Origin: Thermofilaceae archaeon
GTDB taxonomy: Archaea > Thermoproteota > Thermoprotei > Thermofilales > Thermofilaceae
DNA length: 64,000 bases
Assembly (NCBI GenBank): GCA_038861545.1
Contig: JAWCCZ010000002.1
Location: 128,001-192,000 of the forward strand
Reading direction: 5' to 3'
Both the position numbers and the translations under genes were made by a program. The notes under the pieces were generated by a model. It did not search any database. It saw only the letters and a program-made list of their open reading frames with translations, and had not been told where the DNA came from. Numbering within the stretch: position 1 is the first letter of the stretch; each line of letters begins with the position of its first letter. This document shows positions 20,525 through 30,963 of this stretch, piece by piece.

Positions 20525-21190
20525 ATGAGTCAAACAAATATTAATGAAATCACTTCTGAAAGCTGGAATTTCACGATAAAACTTTTGAGAGACGTTGGCA
20601 ACCTAATACTTTTAATCGTGTTGAATGTAATCCCGGTTGTGGACTTTATAGTCCTAGGCTATTTCAAGCGGATTGTTAGGTTCGATTTAAAGGATCCGCC
20701 GAAGCTGGATGATTTCGGCGGTCTTTTCATTGAGGGGTTCAAGCTTGTTATAGCTTCGCTAATTTACGCTTTCATACCGTTGATAATTCTAATTATAGGT
20801 TTCGCGGGCATGTTTTTCGGCGGATTCTTCGGAAGATTCGTTGGTTTAACATTTATAATCATAGGTGGCCTATTAGCCGTCGCAATATTATTCATAGGGT
20901 TACCGGCCCTCGCCATCTACATGAGGACAGACGATTTCTCTAAAGTTTTTGCTTTTGGCGAAGCATGGAATCTCATACAAGCATTCGGACTCGGAAACTA
21001 TATTATCCTGTATATCGTGCTCATAGTCTTCGGCTTAATAACCTCCGCAATCGGTAGCGTAATTCCATGGGTGGGACCCGCGATATTGGGCGTCTTTTCT
21101 GGAGCATTTTCCTTCAAAGCAATATCGCTCTTCGTTAATCGGAAATACCCTGTCAGGCTACCACCTCCACCACCGCCTCCGACTTTTTAG
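20525..21190 (+). CDS. DUF4013-type multi-pass membrane protein
   Basis: IPVVDFIVLGY..RIVR...PPKLDDFG.LF..G pattern; poly-Pro C-terminal tail. Confidence 0.8.
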   Translation: MSQTNINEITSESWNFTIKLLRDVGNLILLIVLNVIPVVDFIVLGYFKRIVRFDLKDPPKLDDFGGLFIEGFKLVIASLIYAFIPLIILIIGFAGMFFGGFFGRFVGLTFIIIGGLLAVAILFIGLPALAIYMRTDDFSKVFAFGEAWNLIQAFGLGNYIILYIVLIVFGLITSAIGSVIPWVGPAILGVFSGAFSFKAISLFVNRKYPVRLPPPPPPPTF

Positions 21191-21227
21191 TTAACTTTTA
21201 TTTACTAAACTAATCATGTACAAAGGA

Positions 21228-22217
21228 TTACAACTCAATTATTGCTTTCACTTCCTTCCTTTCCAGTGATTTCTTCAGAGCTTTTTCCGCGTTTTCAATT
21301 CCTTTGAACACGCTTGTAATAACCGGTTTTACTTTTCCAGCTTTAAGCAGCTCTACTGCTTTACTGAACTCGTTAAACCCTCCACACCTCGTGCCTATAA
21401 TCCTGAGCTCCTTTACCACAGCCTGCGTCATATCTACCGTGAAAGGCAAGCCTGGAGTTGACTTCAGGTGAATAATCCCCCTGGGCTTCGCTATCCTTAT
21501 CGCGAGGTTAAGTGCTGAGGGATCTCCGCTGCACTCAAAAATGATGTCGAAACCTAAGCCCTCTGGCGTGTTCTTAGCGGCATGAGCTGCAACGTCCTGC
21601 AATGGCACGGTATCAACTCCTAAGCCGGCTAAGTGTTTGGCTTTAGGACTATCGGGCCTCACAACAGCTATGTGGTCTACCCCCATAAGTTTAAGCACTT
21701 GGCATGTAAGCACAGCTAGGTTCCCACTTCCTATTACCGCCGACTTTATATTAGGGGTTGGTGTTACTTGCCCTACGGCGTTTAACACAGCTGCAAGGGG
21801 TTCAATCTCCGTTGCCTCTACAGGGTCTAAACCGTCAACTAGGTGTAAAGCCTCAAATGGAGCTATAAAATACTCGGCTAAACCTCCATCAAAATCTATG
21901 CCTAGCGTCCTCTTATAAGGGCAGTGTGTGTAAAGCCCTGAGCGGCAGTAGTAGCACCTCCAGCAGGGAAAGTTGATCTCCACAGTTACCAGGTTTCCCT
22001 TTAAGTTGTTAGGACCTTCCTCGACAACTCCCACTACTTCATGACCAAGAACTATAGGAGTTTTAAAGAGTGGATAGGTTCCTGTGAAGAATGCCTTATC
22101 TGTACCACAAATTCCTACTGCTATGCTCTTGATTAATGCCCATCCTCGTGGGGGCTCTGGTCGTTCAACATCCTCCACAACCAGCTTCCAAGGCGCATAT
22201 AGCCTAGCAGCTAGCAT
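21228..22217 (-). CDS. zinc-dependent alcohol/sugar dehydrogenase (MDR family)
   Basis: GICGTD, GHE, structural Zn site C..C..C.......C, G.G..A. Confidence 0.93.
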   Translation of the reverse strand: MLAARLYAPWKLVVEDVERPEPPRGWALIKSIAVGICGTDKAFFTGTYPLFKTPIVLGHEVVGVVEEGPNNLKGNLVTVEINFPCWRCYYCRSGLYTHCPYKRTLGIDFDGGLAEYFIAPFEALHLVDGLDPVEATEIEPLAAVLNAVGQVTPTPNIKSAVIGSGNLAVLTCQVLKLMGVDHIAVVRPDSPKAKHLAGLGVDTVPLQDVAAHAAKNTPEGLGFDIIFECSGDPSALNLAIRIAKPRGIIHLKSTPGLPFTVDMTQAVVKELRIIGTRCGGFNEFSKAVELLKAGKVKPVITSVFKGIENAEKALKKSLERKEVKAIIEL

Positions 22218-22333
22218 GGAAATTGATTAAGAGCCCCAGGTAAAAACTATATCTATAATGAAAAGTGTTGACTTAGCGTTTCCAGCTACCTTAAAAACTG
22301 GATTGAAAAAGATCCACCTTGTTTAAAATGAAT

Positions 22334-22786
22334 TTATTTATAGTTCAGTAACTCGATAATCGCCCCTAGCGTGGTGCAGGCGTCCACGTACGCGTAGGAT
22401 CCGCCAGTGAAATTACCCCGTTGGACTAGCTCACCTCCGCTTTCTTCTAGCTTGCTAATTCCTTTATCCATATCCCTTACTTCAAATGCAATGTGATGGA
22501 TCCCAGGACCATGCTTTTCCAAAAATTCACTCCAAGTGCTAGGGCCGCCTACTGGTTCAATCAGCTCAAGGACTATGTTCTCAAAGTTGAAGAATGCAAG
22601 CTTAGCTCTACCGCTGGAAGGTTCTCCTCTATACATCATGTGAGTCCTGTCCCATTCCTCGGTTTCTATCACTTTAGGCTTTTCAACTCCAAGCAAACGG
22701 GCCCAGTTCTCGGCAACCTGCTCAATATTCCTGACAACTACCGATACTTGGACAACTTTACCGAAGTTTTTCCCATTTTCAACCAT
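22334..22786 (-). CDS. VOC/glyoxalase family (methylmalonyl-CoA epimerase-like)
   Basis: QVSVVV, LELIEP, GPGIHHIAF, IIELL. Confidence 0.88.
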   Translation of the reverse strand: MVENGKNFGKVVQVSVVVRNIEQVAENWARLLGVEKPKVIETEEWDRTHMMYRGEPSSGRAKLAFFNFENIVLELIEPVGGPSTWSEFLEKHGPGIHHIAFEVRDMDKGISKLEESGGELVQRGNFTGGSYAYVDACTTLGAIIELLNYK

Positions 22787-22865
22787 ATGGGTCGCTTGAA
22801 CTCTAAGCGTAAGAGGTATTATATGTGGCGTTTTCTATTTTAATCGAAGAAGGAAATTAAACGCC

Positions 22866-23705
22866 ATGCCAGAAACTCTAGAGAAACAAGTTAAGTTACA
22901 AACGGGTTTAGAAACGTTAATGCGAGCTTGGATCCCTGAAGTACAGCCTAAAGCGGTGGTTGTAGGTATCCATGGTTTCGCAGAACACTCAGGTAGGTAC
23001 TCTCACGTAGGATCTTTCCTTGCTGAGCATGGCTTCTCTCTCTATATGTACGACTTAAGGGGTCATGGTTTATCGAAGGGTGTTAGAGGTTACCTGGACT
23101 CATTTAACCAGTTTGTTGAAGACACGATAGCTTTTTTCGAGCTAGTATTTAAAGAGGTAAATGGTGTTAAGCTGTTTTTACTGGGCCATAGTATGGGGGG
23201 TTTAATAGCTGTACACGTGGCTGCTAAACTCAATGACGAAATCTCAGGTTTGATTACTAGCGGTGCAGCATTGGAGCTGAAAGTGAAAATGGCGACAAGT
23301 TTGCTTCTTAAACTGTTAAGTATTTTAAAACCTACGGGAAGAACTCGCCTGCCTGTAGCGGTTGATTGCTTATCAAAAGATAAAGAAGTTATTGATAAAT
23401 ATATGGTAGACCCTTTGGTTTTTAAAGATCCAACATACAGGCTTTTAGCGGAGTTTGGAAAAGGGGTCTCTGAGGTTTGGAACCTTGTAGGGAGAATCTC
23501 CGTCCCAGCCCTCATAATGCATGGTGAAGATGACTGTTTAGTACCTCCTACTGCATCTCAGAAACTATATGATAGGCTGCCATCGTCCAAGAAAATGTTA
23601 AAGATGTATAAAGGCCTTAAACATGAAATCTTTAATGAAACCGAGAAAGAGATTGTATTTAAGGACCTAGCTGAATGGTTGAATAAACACACAGTCAATA
23701 TATAG
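22866..23705 (+). CDS. lysophospholipase/monoacylglycerol lipase (alpha/beta hydrolase)
   Basis: HGFAEHSGRY, DLRGHG.S, GHSMGG, HGEDD, HEIFNE. Confidence 0.92.
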   Translation: MPETLEKQVKLQTGLETLMRAWIPEVQPKAVVVGIHGFAEHSGRYSHVGSFLAEHGFSLYMYDLRGHGLSKGVRGYLDSFNQFVEDTIAFFELVFKEVNGVKLFLLGHSMGGLIAVHVAAKLNDEISGLITSGAALELKVKMATSLLLKLLSILKPTGRTRLPVAVDCLSKDKEVIDKYMVDPLVFKDPTYRLLAEFGKGVSEVWNLVGRISVPALIMHGEDDCLVPPTASQKLYDRLPSSKKMLKMYKGLKHEIFNETEKEIVFKDLAEWLNKHTVNI

Positions 23706-24001
23706 ATTAACTTATGAAGGCAAGCTGCTTATCTCACATAGAATAACGGCTTACCAGATGCTCCAACTTAATTGTGATTGACTCTAAGAGTTAGGGGTAA
23801 TTAACATACCTTTTTGAGGTTGAGGCTAGTGCTTTAAGAAGAGTGTATATACTCTCCATGATCTAAAGGCTCTATAAAAATACATAGGAAAATTCGGCCT
23901 TGCCGTTGCCATTCATCAGCCTGGAAAACTGGAAACTGGCTGATTAGCTTGGCTTGAAAATTTGCCTAGTAAAAAAGTTGTAAATTTTGTATAGACAATT
24001 A

Positions 24002-24613
24002 TTAAAGCGATAGCTCTACAGTCAGTTTTATAGCCTTCACCTGAAGTTTTAGTGGGAGACTGGCTAGCAGGTTCATTTTGCGAGCAACTATGTCGGGCGT
24101 ATAGGCTACATGGATGAAACCGGCACGTTTAGGATAACCGTTTAAGTCTGCGTGACGTAAAAGAGTGTACATCGTGAAGTTACAGAGAAATGTTCCAGCC
24201 GAGTATGAAATAGTAGCAGGAATTCCCTTCTCCTTTAACTTTTCGAGAATCTTTCTCAAGGGAAGTGTAGAAAAGTAAGCCGCGGGGCCTATGGGGTCTA
24301 TCGGTTCATCTACAGGCTGCCAGCCATCATTGTCCGGTTTCGAAGCATCTTTAATGTTAACTGCCACACGTTCAAGTCTGAGGTGGCTGGCACCTCCATA
24401 TAATCCTAAAGATATAGCTATTTCAGGTCTATTCTCGTTTAGCAAACTTGTAAGCTCTGTTCCAGCCCTCTTGAATGAAACCGGTAAAATCGCCATATGA
24501 ACATCATAGCCGTGATTTATGAGTTCCTCTGCGGCCTTTTTAGCTACTATAGCTGATGGATTTACCTCTTCTCCACCAAAAGGTTCGAAGCCTGTTAATA
24601 GAATTCTTGCCAC
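24002..24613 (-). CDS. pcp: pyroglutamyl-peptidase I (C15)
   Basis: LLTGFEPFGG..VNPS, ERVAVN, AGTFLCN, GFIHV. Confidence 0.95.
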   Translation of the reverse strand: MARILLTGFEPFGGEEVNPSAIVAKKAAEELINHGYDVHMAILPVSFKRAGTELTSLLNENRPEIAISLGLYGGASHLRLERVAVNIKDASKPDNDGWQPVDEPIDPIGPAAYFSTLPLRKILEKLKEKGIPATISYSAGTFLCNFTMYTLLRHADLNGYPKRAGFIHVAYTPDIVARKMNLLASLPLKLQVKAIKLTVELSL

Positions 24614-24724
24614 ACAGGTTTTACTAGGCTTTGCTTTAAGTTTCTCGATAATTTGTTTTTAGTCCTGAAGTACTAGAAAAATTTAAATCTTATACAAAGA
24701 ATTTTTTCAGGCAGGAAGAATAGG

Positions 24725-25555
24725 ATGAAAGTAATTATGTATCTAATTTGCATTTCAACTTTTACTTTAGTAATGGCTATTCTCATTCTTTTATTCTCAG
24801 GTACTGAAAGAAAAGAAAACGTTGTTCTCGAGTTTAACATTACAGGTGGCATCTGGGGCAGAAACGATGGATTTAAACTCTACTCCAATGGAAGCGCAAC
24901 GTACAGGGTAAGAAAAGAGATTGTCAGAACCCTAACGCTGCCAGTACAAGTTTTGGAAGAGCTGGACAGTAGAGTTAAACAATTAAGAAGGTCATACCCT
25001 GATGGTTTAAAGCTCGAGCCGAGTGACGGTGCTGATTACTTTATTTATAGCTTAGCCGTTCACAGCGACGAGAAAATTATCTCCTACCAGTGGACCAGTT
25101 TCAATAAAGTACCCAATGAACTGTTCTATCTTACCGATTTACTACATGGTGTGAATGGTTTCCTTGCAAACCCGGAAAGCATTATTGTCTACATAAGAGC
25201 CGGCTCCTTAAACGTCAGTAAAGGTTACGTCCTGGAATTGCATGTTTTTGCTTTCAACCCGGCACAGGAGGATTTCATGTACGATTCACCGACGCCATGT
25301 CATCCCGACTTCAAAGTGCTTTTATACAGGGATAGGGACGAACCTGTTGAGCTGTTCCCCGCAGGCTATGACTCTAGTGTCCCATGCATTCAAGTAGTGC
25401 AACAGCGTAGACTGAAGGCTAATGAAACTCTGTATGCTGAGTATAGAATAACCCTTAATGAGGAAGGTACTTACATTATAGAGGCTAGCTTCCCCTACTC
25501 TGAATGGAGTCAGAGAAGGTTTACATCTAGGATAATGGTTACAGTAAAGGGTTAA
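24725..25555 (+). CDS. membrane-anchored protein, putative emfourin-like plus BsuPI-like protease-inhibitor domains
   Basis: N-terminal TM; TGGIWG...GADYFIYSL...VPNEL..L; then NP......SPTPC.PDF.V...CIQVVQ.R.L..NE...GTY.IEA. Confidence 0.55.
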   Translation: MKVIMYLICISTFTLVMAILILLFSGTERKENVVLEFNITGGIWGRNDGFKLYSNGSATYRVRKEIVRTLTLPVQVLEELDSRVKQLRRSYPDGLKLEPSDGADYFIYSLAVHSDEKIISYQWTSFNKVPNELFYLTDLLHGVNGFLANPESIIVYIRAGSLNVSKGYVLELHVFAFNPAQEDFMYDSPTPCHPDFKVLLYRDRDEPVELFPAGYDSSVPCIQVVQQRRLKANETLYAEYRITLNEEGTYIIEASFPYSEWSQRRFTSRIMVTVKG

Positions 25556-25611
25556 GAGGAGGCTCGCATTCACGTAAACGTTAAATTTTACCATTATAAG
25601 TTTGCTCAAGC

Positions 25612-27114
25612 TTAGGATAAGCCTTTTAGCCGTAAGAGCAAGTTAACCAAGTATGGTTCAGTAAGCGCTAAGATGGCTAGACGCAACACGTCGGATATGA
25701 TCCCTGCTTTAAACATGTTCTTCACGTCAACTTTCTTCGACCCGTAAATTATCGCCATAGGTGGTGTCGTGGAGGGTATAGCGCTCGATATAGAGCATGC
25801 TAAAGCTGTTACGATAATTGGGGAAGTGGGGTTTAACCCAGCACCTTTGGCAATTGAAGCCACTAAAGGAACAGATACCATAGCTGAAGCTGTATTCGAA
25901 GCTGGAAAAGTGACAGCGAAGCCGACCAGTGCTCCGATAACGGAGAGAGAAAAAGGGTTCAGCTCGATACCCGTGTTAATTACTATAAGAGCTAGCCACT
26001 TGGAGAAACCACTAGTGTCTAGCGCTTTACCCATTGCTATGCCTCCACCGAAAAGGAAAATTACATTCCAGTCTATTCCTGAAGCTATTTCTTCGAAAGT
26101 AAGTAGCGGGCGCTTGCGGCTTCTTAATAAGCCTAAAAGAACTATTGCTAAGGCGGCAGGGGCAGCTTCAGGTAGTAGCCTTGACGCTGACGTTGCCATC
26201 TGGCTTAAACTCGGCTCTAAGGAAGCTGCGATCGATAAGATGCCCGGAATTAGCCAGAGAAATAGTGTAACTAAGAAAACTAGGAGAACCATTTTTTCCT
26301 CTATGCCCATTTTATCGAGGACGCTAACTTCCCTTTCGATTACTTCGCTCGCCTTAGAAACTCGCTTTTCCTCTACTTTAACCACCTTAAAGACTATAAT
26401 CCAGGAAACAATTAACCCGATTACTGCTTGAGGAGTACCGATGAGGAGCCAGTCGAAGAATGTTAACTTAAAGTTTGGGGTATACTGCTCCAGTACCTGT
26501 TTCGCCACAAGGTTTGGAGGTGTACTAATCAAGAAAAGCATAGCCCCTGCTGTGGCAGCTTCGCCTAAGGAGAGCATTGTGGCTTCCGCGAAGCTAGGGG
26601 AAAGCTTCAACATTTCGATGTATGAAAGTACTATAGGATAGACTACGGAGGTTGAAGCAGTTATAGAGCCGGTTACTGTGAGCAAGAAAACCGGTAGACA
26701 TGCAATGAATAATGCTGCAAGCATCGGTTTCTCCCCCTTGTAAATCCGTGCAACCCTGAGCGCAACTCTCTTATCAAGCCCCCAAACCCGGAATGCTTTT
26801 GCTAGAGTAAAGCCACTCATGAAAACCCAGATTATAGGGTCAGCAAAGCTGCGAAGCGCCTCGCTCCATGATATATAACCTAGTAAGCTGATGAGGGTGG
26901 CGGCAAGCAAACCTGTAAGACCGAGCGGGATTAACTCGAATACCCACCAAGTCGCGATCCATATTAGAACGCCTAAAGCAATTTGAGGAGCTTTCAGGCT
27001 TACTGCACCAACTTCTTTTGCAGCTACTTCGATAAAGGGGAGGGGAGGGGTAACCAGTAGCAGTAAGAAGAATAGGGGTCCTAAAAACCATTTAGTTAAT
27101 TGCCTCTTACTCAT
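25612..27114 (-). CDS. DASS/SLC13 family di-/tricarboxylate or sulfate symporter
   Basis: Many TM helices, ISTPPNL, IDWNVIFLFGGG, ASNTA, TTPPMAI. Confidence 0.9.
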   Translation of the reverse strand: MSKRQLTKWFLGPLFFLLLLVTPPLPFIEVAAKEVGAVSLKAPQIALGVLIWIATWWVFELIPLGLTGLLAATLISLLGYISWSEALRSFADPIIWVFMSGFTLAKAFRVWGLDKRVALRVARIYKGEKPMLAALFIACLPVFLLTVTGSITASTSVVYPIVLSYIEMLKLSPSFAEATMLSLGEAATAGAMLFLISTPPNLVAKQVLEQYTPNFKLTFFDWLLIGTPQAVIGLIVSWIIVFKVVKVEEKRVSKASEVIEREVSVLDKMGIEEKMVLLVFLVTLFLWLIPGILSIAASLEPSLSQMATSASRLLPEAAPAALAIVLLGLLRSRKRPLLTFEEIASGIDWNVIFLFGGGIAMGKALDTSGFSKWLALIVINTGIELNPFSLSVIGALVGFAVTFPASNTASAMVSVPLVASIAKGAGLNPTSPIIVTALACSISSAIPSTTPPMAIIYGSKKVDVKNMFKAGIISDVLRLAILALTEPYLVNLLLRLKGLS

Positions 27115-27231
27115 GGAAAAGAAACTAGCTTTCAGGTATTATTGCTTTGCTATATGCTTTATAAAGTTATGCCTAATCGACTCAGCATGGGAAGTATAAG
27201 CTCCTTGGAGCTCACATTGTGAAGCTACTAT

Positions 27232-27987
27232 TCAATACACTTTAACGTAGTCTATCTCCAAATATGTTCTCAAGCGGTTCTCCTGAGTTAGGTGTCTGTA
27301 AACTCTGCCCGCGTCCCGCCTATTGTAGCCGAATACAGCGTTATCGATCCAGAAATCCACTCTAGCTTTAGACTCGTAACCCACGTTGGGAAGCCGCGCT
27401 ACGGGTTTCCCATCTATGTAGAAATAAACCCATCTTTCCCCCCAGTCGATTTTATAGATATGCCATTGTGTTAGGTCGAGATCCTGTACAGCAGGTTTTA
27501 CCGAGTGAATTAGAACCCCTACTTTACCCCCGCTTAGCTTTGAAAGCATACTAACTAAGGACAAGGATCCCCTGTAGAGCTTCAAAAGGTAAAAGTGGTT
27601 TCTAACCTGTGCAAAGAAGCCTTGAAACATGTATGGTCCACGGCTTTGAAGGTGGATGAACCAGATCGGCATGCATGAGTCAAAAACCATTGTATGATTC
27701 CAGAAACCCCAGCCAGCGCTACCGTAGTGGAGAAAACTTAATCTCACTTTAGCTTCAAAAGTTTTCCTATGCCAAAGTAGCTCGTCGAAGAGCCCATCGG
27801 AAAGCTCGGCATTCGAATAGTAGAGTGCCTCTGTAGGTCCTGTCCAAAGACGGATAACACTCTTTTCATGCTCGAAACCGGCAAAGTTATCCTTCCTGTA
27901 ATCCCAGTAATTACTCATCTCTTCAAAGTCATCGTATAAACTTCCGCTTTCCTCGATTCTCTTCCTCAGTTCATCTTTAGGAGTCAT
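27232..27987 (-). CDS. concanavalin-A/GH16-like jelly-roll protein
   Basis: YSNAEL.D, GSAGWGFWN, WHIYKIDW....V.FYIDG, C-terminal LEIDYVKVY. Confidence 0.7.
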   Translation of the reverse strand: MTPKDELRKRIEESGSLYDDFEEMSNYWDYRKDNFAGFEHEKSVIRLWTGPTEALYYSNAELSDGLFDELLWHRKTFEAKVRLSFLHYGSAGWGFWNHTMVFDSCMPIWFIHLQSRGPYMFQGFFAQVRNHFYLLKLYRGSLSLVSMLSKLSGGKVGVLIHSVKPAVQDLDLTQWHIYKIDWGERWVYFYIDGKPVARLPNVGYESKARVDFWIDNAVFGYNRRDAGRVYRHLTQENRLRTYLEIDYVKVY

Positions 27988-28177
27988 ACATAGACATTTA
28001 TTTCATCGCCTAATAAAACATACCGGATACGGTGGGTAGGAATTAGCGTAAAAGTTTAACTATCAAAACCTGGTAGTCCTAGAGAAGCCCAAGCTAAGTC
28101 TATAGCACCGTAACAATACAATCCATTTTATAAATTTAATATATAATGTTTTATGTAGAAAAATTTCAATATTTATC

Positions 28178-29488
28178 TCATCCTGAAACTGTTACTCCTT
28201 CGATTAGTGCATCGGGTGTATATATACCGGAATACGTGTCCTTTATTCTTCGAGCTAGCTTTATGTTATATGCGAGCTGGTAAATATTGCCGCTAACAGC
28301 AACAGGTTTAATCGGTACGAGTTCTCCGTCCTTTACTATATAAGGGTTAGAGGCTACAACACTAAAGTTCCCGGAAATGGGGTTTACTGTGTGGACACTA
28401 AGCAATCCTCCTTCTATAATGATTCTTGCCCCGTTTTCTAACTCCTTCTCAGGTAGAGACCCCCCGGCCACTATCAGGTTAGAGCTTCCAACCCCTACTA
28501 TACCTCTCGCCCTCACTGCGTTACCAGTGCTATGAACTCCCATCCTGCGAGCAGTGTAGGTGTTGTGGAGGTAACCTTTTAGAACACCGTTCTCCACCAG
28601 TAGAGACTTTCTTCGCGCTACACCTTCACCGTCAAAGAGGCTTGTCGAAAGACCTCCAGGCATTGTCCCGTCGTCTAAGATTGTCATGCTACCGAGCACG
28701 TTCTGGCTTAGCTTATTGGCAAGCGGGCTGAATCCCTCGAGAATATTCATCGCGTTAAAAGCTGGAACCAGAAGCGTCGATAAAAGCTCCGCAAAAGGCT
28801 CGGCTCGAAACAGCACCGATGCCTTAAATGATTCGTTAAGCTTGGTAGCTCGTGAAGCGTCGAGAGCTTGCCTAACAGCTTTCTCAATCACTGGGTGAAG
28901 GTTTGCCGTAAAGGAGCGGGATGCCATATTTGCGCCGCCAGCCCCCTCTCCAGCTTTTAGGTAAAGTCCAGCCCAAAAGAACGTACCTCGGTCTTCGACT
29001 GCAACGTTCCTCGAACTAGCAATACAGGTTTGCCCGCAACTTACTCCTACACCCGCTCCTGAAACTTTTACCCTAGGGTCAACCTGTGCCTCATCAATAA
29101 GCTGTCTAGTTAATTCGGAAAGCCAACTAAGCTCGGCTGTAGCCACACCCTCGTCGAAACCAATCCAGCTGTGCTTAGCGGGTTCCGGATCAGGTAAACC
29201 GTTCCAGTGTGGGTCTTCCTCAGCTTTAGAAGCTAGCTCAACCGCTTTTCTAACTATATCTTCAAGAACCCTTTTATCCAACGAGCTAGCCGTGGCTATA
29301 GAAACACGCTTCCCAAGAGCTGCTCTAACCTCCACCTGAGCTGTATTTGAGGCGGAAGCTTTTAAGTGTACACCCTCGGAGCGTACGTTTCTCCTAACTG
29401 AAGTAGAAACATATACCTCGGCTTCCCCTGCCCCAAATTCTAAGGCTCTCTTAACGCTCCACTCAGCTAAGGATAACAGATCGCTCAT
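28178..29488 (-). CDS. pmbA: PmbA/TldE non-catalytic subunit
   Basis: FDGEGV, GVLKGYLHN.YTA, STGNA, N.ISGNFS; no HExxxH; overlaps the tldD stop. Confidence 0.9.
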   Translation of the reverse strand: MSDLLSLAEWSVKRALEFGAGEAEVYVSTSVRRNVRSEGVHLKASASNTAQVEVRAALGKRVSIATASSLDKRVLEDIVRKAVELASKAEEDPHWNGLPDPEPAKHSWIGFDEGVATAELSWLSELTRQLIDEAQVDPRVKVSGAGVGVSCGQTCIASSRNVAVEDRGTFFWAGLYLKAGEGAGGANMASRSFTANLHPVIEKAVRQALDASRATKLNESFKASVLFRAEPFAELLSTLLVPAFNAMNILEGFSPLANKLSQNVLGSMTILDDGTMPGGLSTSLFDGEGVARRKSLLVENGVLKGYLHNTYTARRMGVHSTGNAVRARGIVGVGSSNLIVAGGSLPEKELENGARIIIEGGLLSVHTVNPISGNFSVVASNPYIVKDGELVPIKPVAVSGNIYQLAYNIKLARRIKDTYSGIYTPDALIEGVTVSG

Positions 29489-30873
29489 TTGGTCTCACCT
29501 CCTACTAAGAGTTTAGTTCTTAACGTTGGACCACCGTCTCCTACATGCACCATTTGTCCCATTTTCCCGCATCCGCCGAACGGGCTAGTAGATATTGAAA
29601 CTGTTTTCGATACAGCATTCACGTGTTTAAGCATCTCCAGAATATTCCCAGCTAGAACTACGTCTTTCACCGGCTCCTTTATCTCACCATTTTCGATTAA
29701 GTAACCGATGCTTGCATTGAACGTAAATGTGCCATCCTCCTCTACTTGACCACCTCTAGGCTTATCTAAGAGCAAGCCGAACTTCGTATCGCGTATAATC
29801 TCTTCCTCGCTCCAGTCACCGGCTTCGAAAAACGTGTTCCGCATCCGTACGATTGGTTCATGGTAAAAATCTTGGGCTCTACCGTTCCCCGTCGGCTCCA
29901 TACCTAGAAGCGCCGCCGTTTCCCTGCTATGCAGGTAACCCTTCAGCAAACCCTTTTCCACCAGGGTAACTCTCGTTGTGGGAATACCCTCATCATCAAC
30001 TGGGAAAAATATTCCTCCCCGCTCGTCAATCCCTGCATCGACTATCGTGACAGCATCGCTAGCTATTTTCTCTCCAAAACGGCCGGCCAGAGGGCTTACA
30101 CCTGTGTATATCCCCTCACCTTCAGTGAGATGCCCGAAGCTCTCGTGCGCGAAAACTCCTGTGAGATCTGGACGAGTGATCACCGTTAACTCTCCTGCAG
30201 GAGGTCTTTTAGCCTTAAGCGAATCCCTAGCCATTGATAAGGCGCGCTCCGCTATAGCCTCCGGCGCGTTTTCACCCTTGTATGCTTCTACTCCCCTAGA
30301 TGTGCCATAAGTTTCGAAACCATCGCCGATGCTTCCCCCATCCCTTAACACCGCGGATGCTGATAAGCCGGTGACAAGCCTTTCAGACGTTACTTTCACG
30401 CCTTCGCTCGTGTAAAGCTCAATGCTTCCGTAGTACGCGCCGAACCTTACAGTTACAGAGGCCGCGCCGCCGCTTCTAGCTGTATCGTGCGTCCTCTTGA
30501 CGAGATCTAGCTTCTCTTCTACACTGACCTTAGATGGATGTTTCAGTGCGCTACTTATTAAGTAGCTGCCGGACTTCACTTCACCGGAGATCTTCTTCCC
30601 ACCTTCACCGATAGCCCGGGCCGCTTTCACAGCCTCCTCGACGGCCGACGTTAACCCCTCTACGCTTAGATTATGTGTTGATGCAAAGCCAAAGTTCCCG
30701 TTTACAAGCACCCTGACACCTGCGCCCTTAAGCCTCTGATAGCTTTGAGAAACCACCCTCCCATTCACGTATACGATAAGCTCTCTGGCGGTATCCTCGA
30801 GCCTTAGCTCGGCGAAGGAAACACCCAACTTAGAGGCGACTGACAGCGCGCGGTTAGCTAAATCTTCGTGCAC
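29485..30873 (-). CDS. tldD: TldD metalloprotease subunit
   Basis: HESFGH, DDEG, TGNGRA, RMRNT, GCGK.GQ...VG.GGP. Confidence 0.93.
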   Translation of the reverse strand: MHEDLANRALSVASKLGVSFAELRLEDTARELIVYVNGRVVSQSYQRLKGAGVRVLVNGNFGFASTHNLSVEGLTSAVEEAVKAARAIGEGGKKISGEVKSGSYLISSALKHPSKVSVEEKLDLVKRTHDTARSGGAASVTVRFGAYYGSIELYTSEGVKVTSERLVTGLSASAVLRDGGSIGDGFETYGTSRGVEAYKGENAPEAIAERALSMARDSLKAKRPPAGELTVITRPDLTGVFAHESFGHLTEGEGIYTGVSPLAGRFGEKIASDAVTIVDAGIDERGGIFFPVDDEGIPTTRVTLVEKGLLKGYLHSRETAALLGMEPTGNGRAQDFYHEPIVRMRNTFFEAGDWSEEEIIRDTKFGLLLDKPRGGQVEEDGTFTFNASIGYLIENGEIKEPVKDVVLAGNILEMLKHVNAVSKTVSISTSPFGGCGKMGQMVHVGDGGPTLRTKLLVGGETK

Positions 30874-30963
30874 AGCAATTCCGTAAAGCCTCTTGTAAAA
30901 GTTTTTCGCACATCTGGCTAGATCTAACTAAATCGATTTTTACCCCCCCGTCGCTGTCCTAGT

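Noticed and set aside
25769-26431. Long antisense ORFs in the track (e.g. 25769..26431, 42998..43579, 33380..33853, 18168..18623)
   Set aside because: They lie opposite well-supported genes and carry no motifs, so they are shadow ORFs.
28107-28119. 13-bp match ACCGTAACAATAC to the reverse complement of 51426-51438
   Set aside because: About one such match is expected by chance among the intergenic DNA here, and the two positions relative to genes differ.
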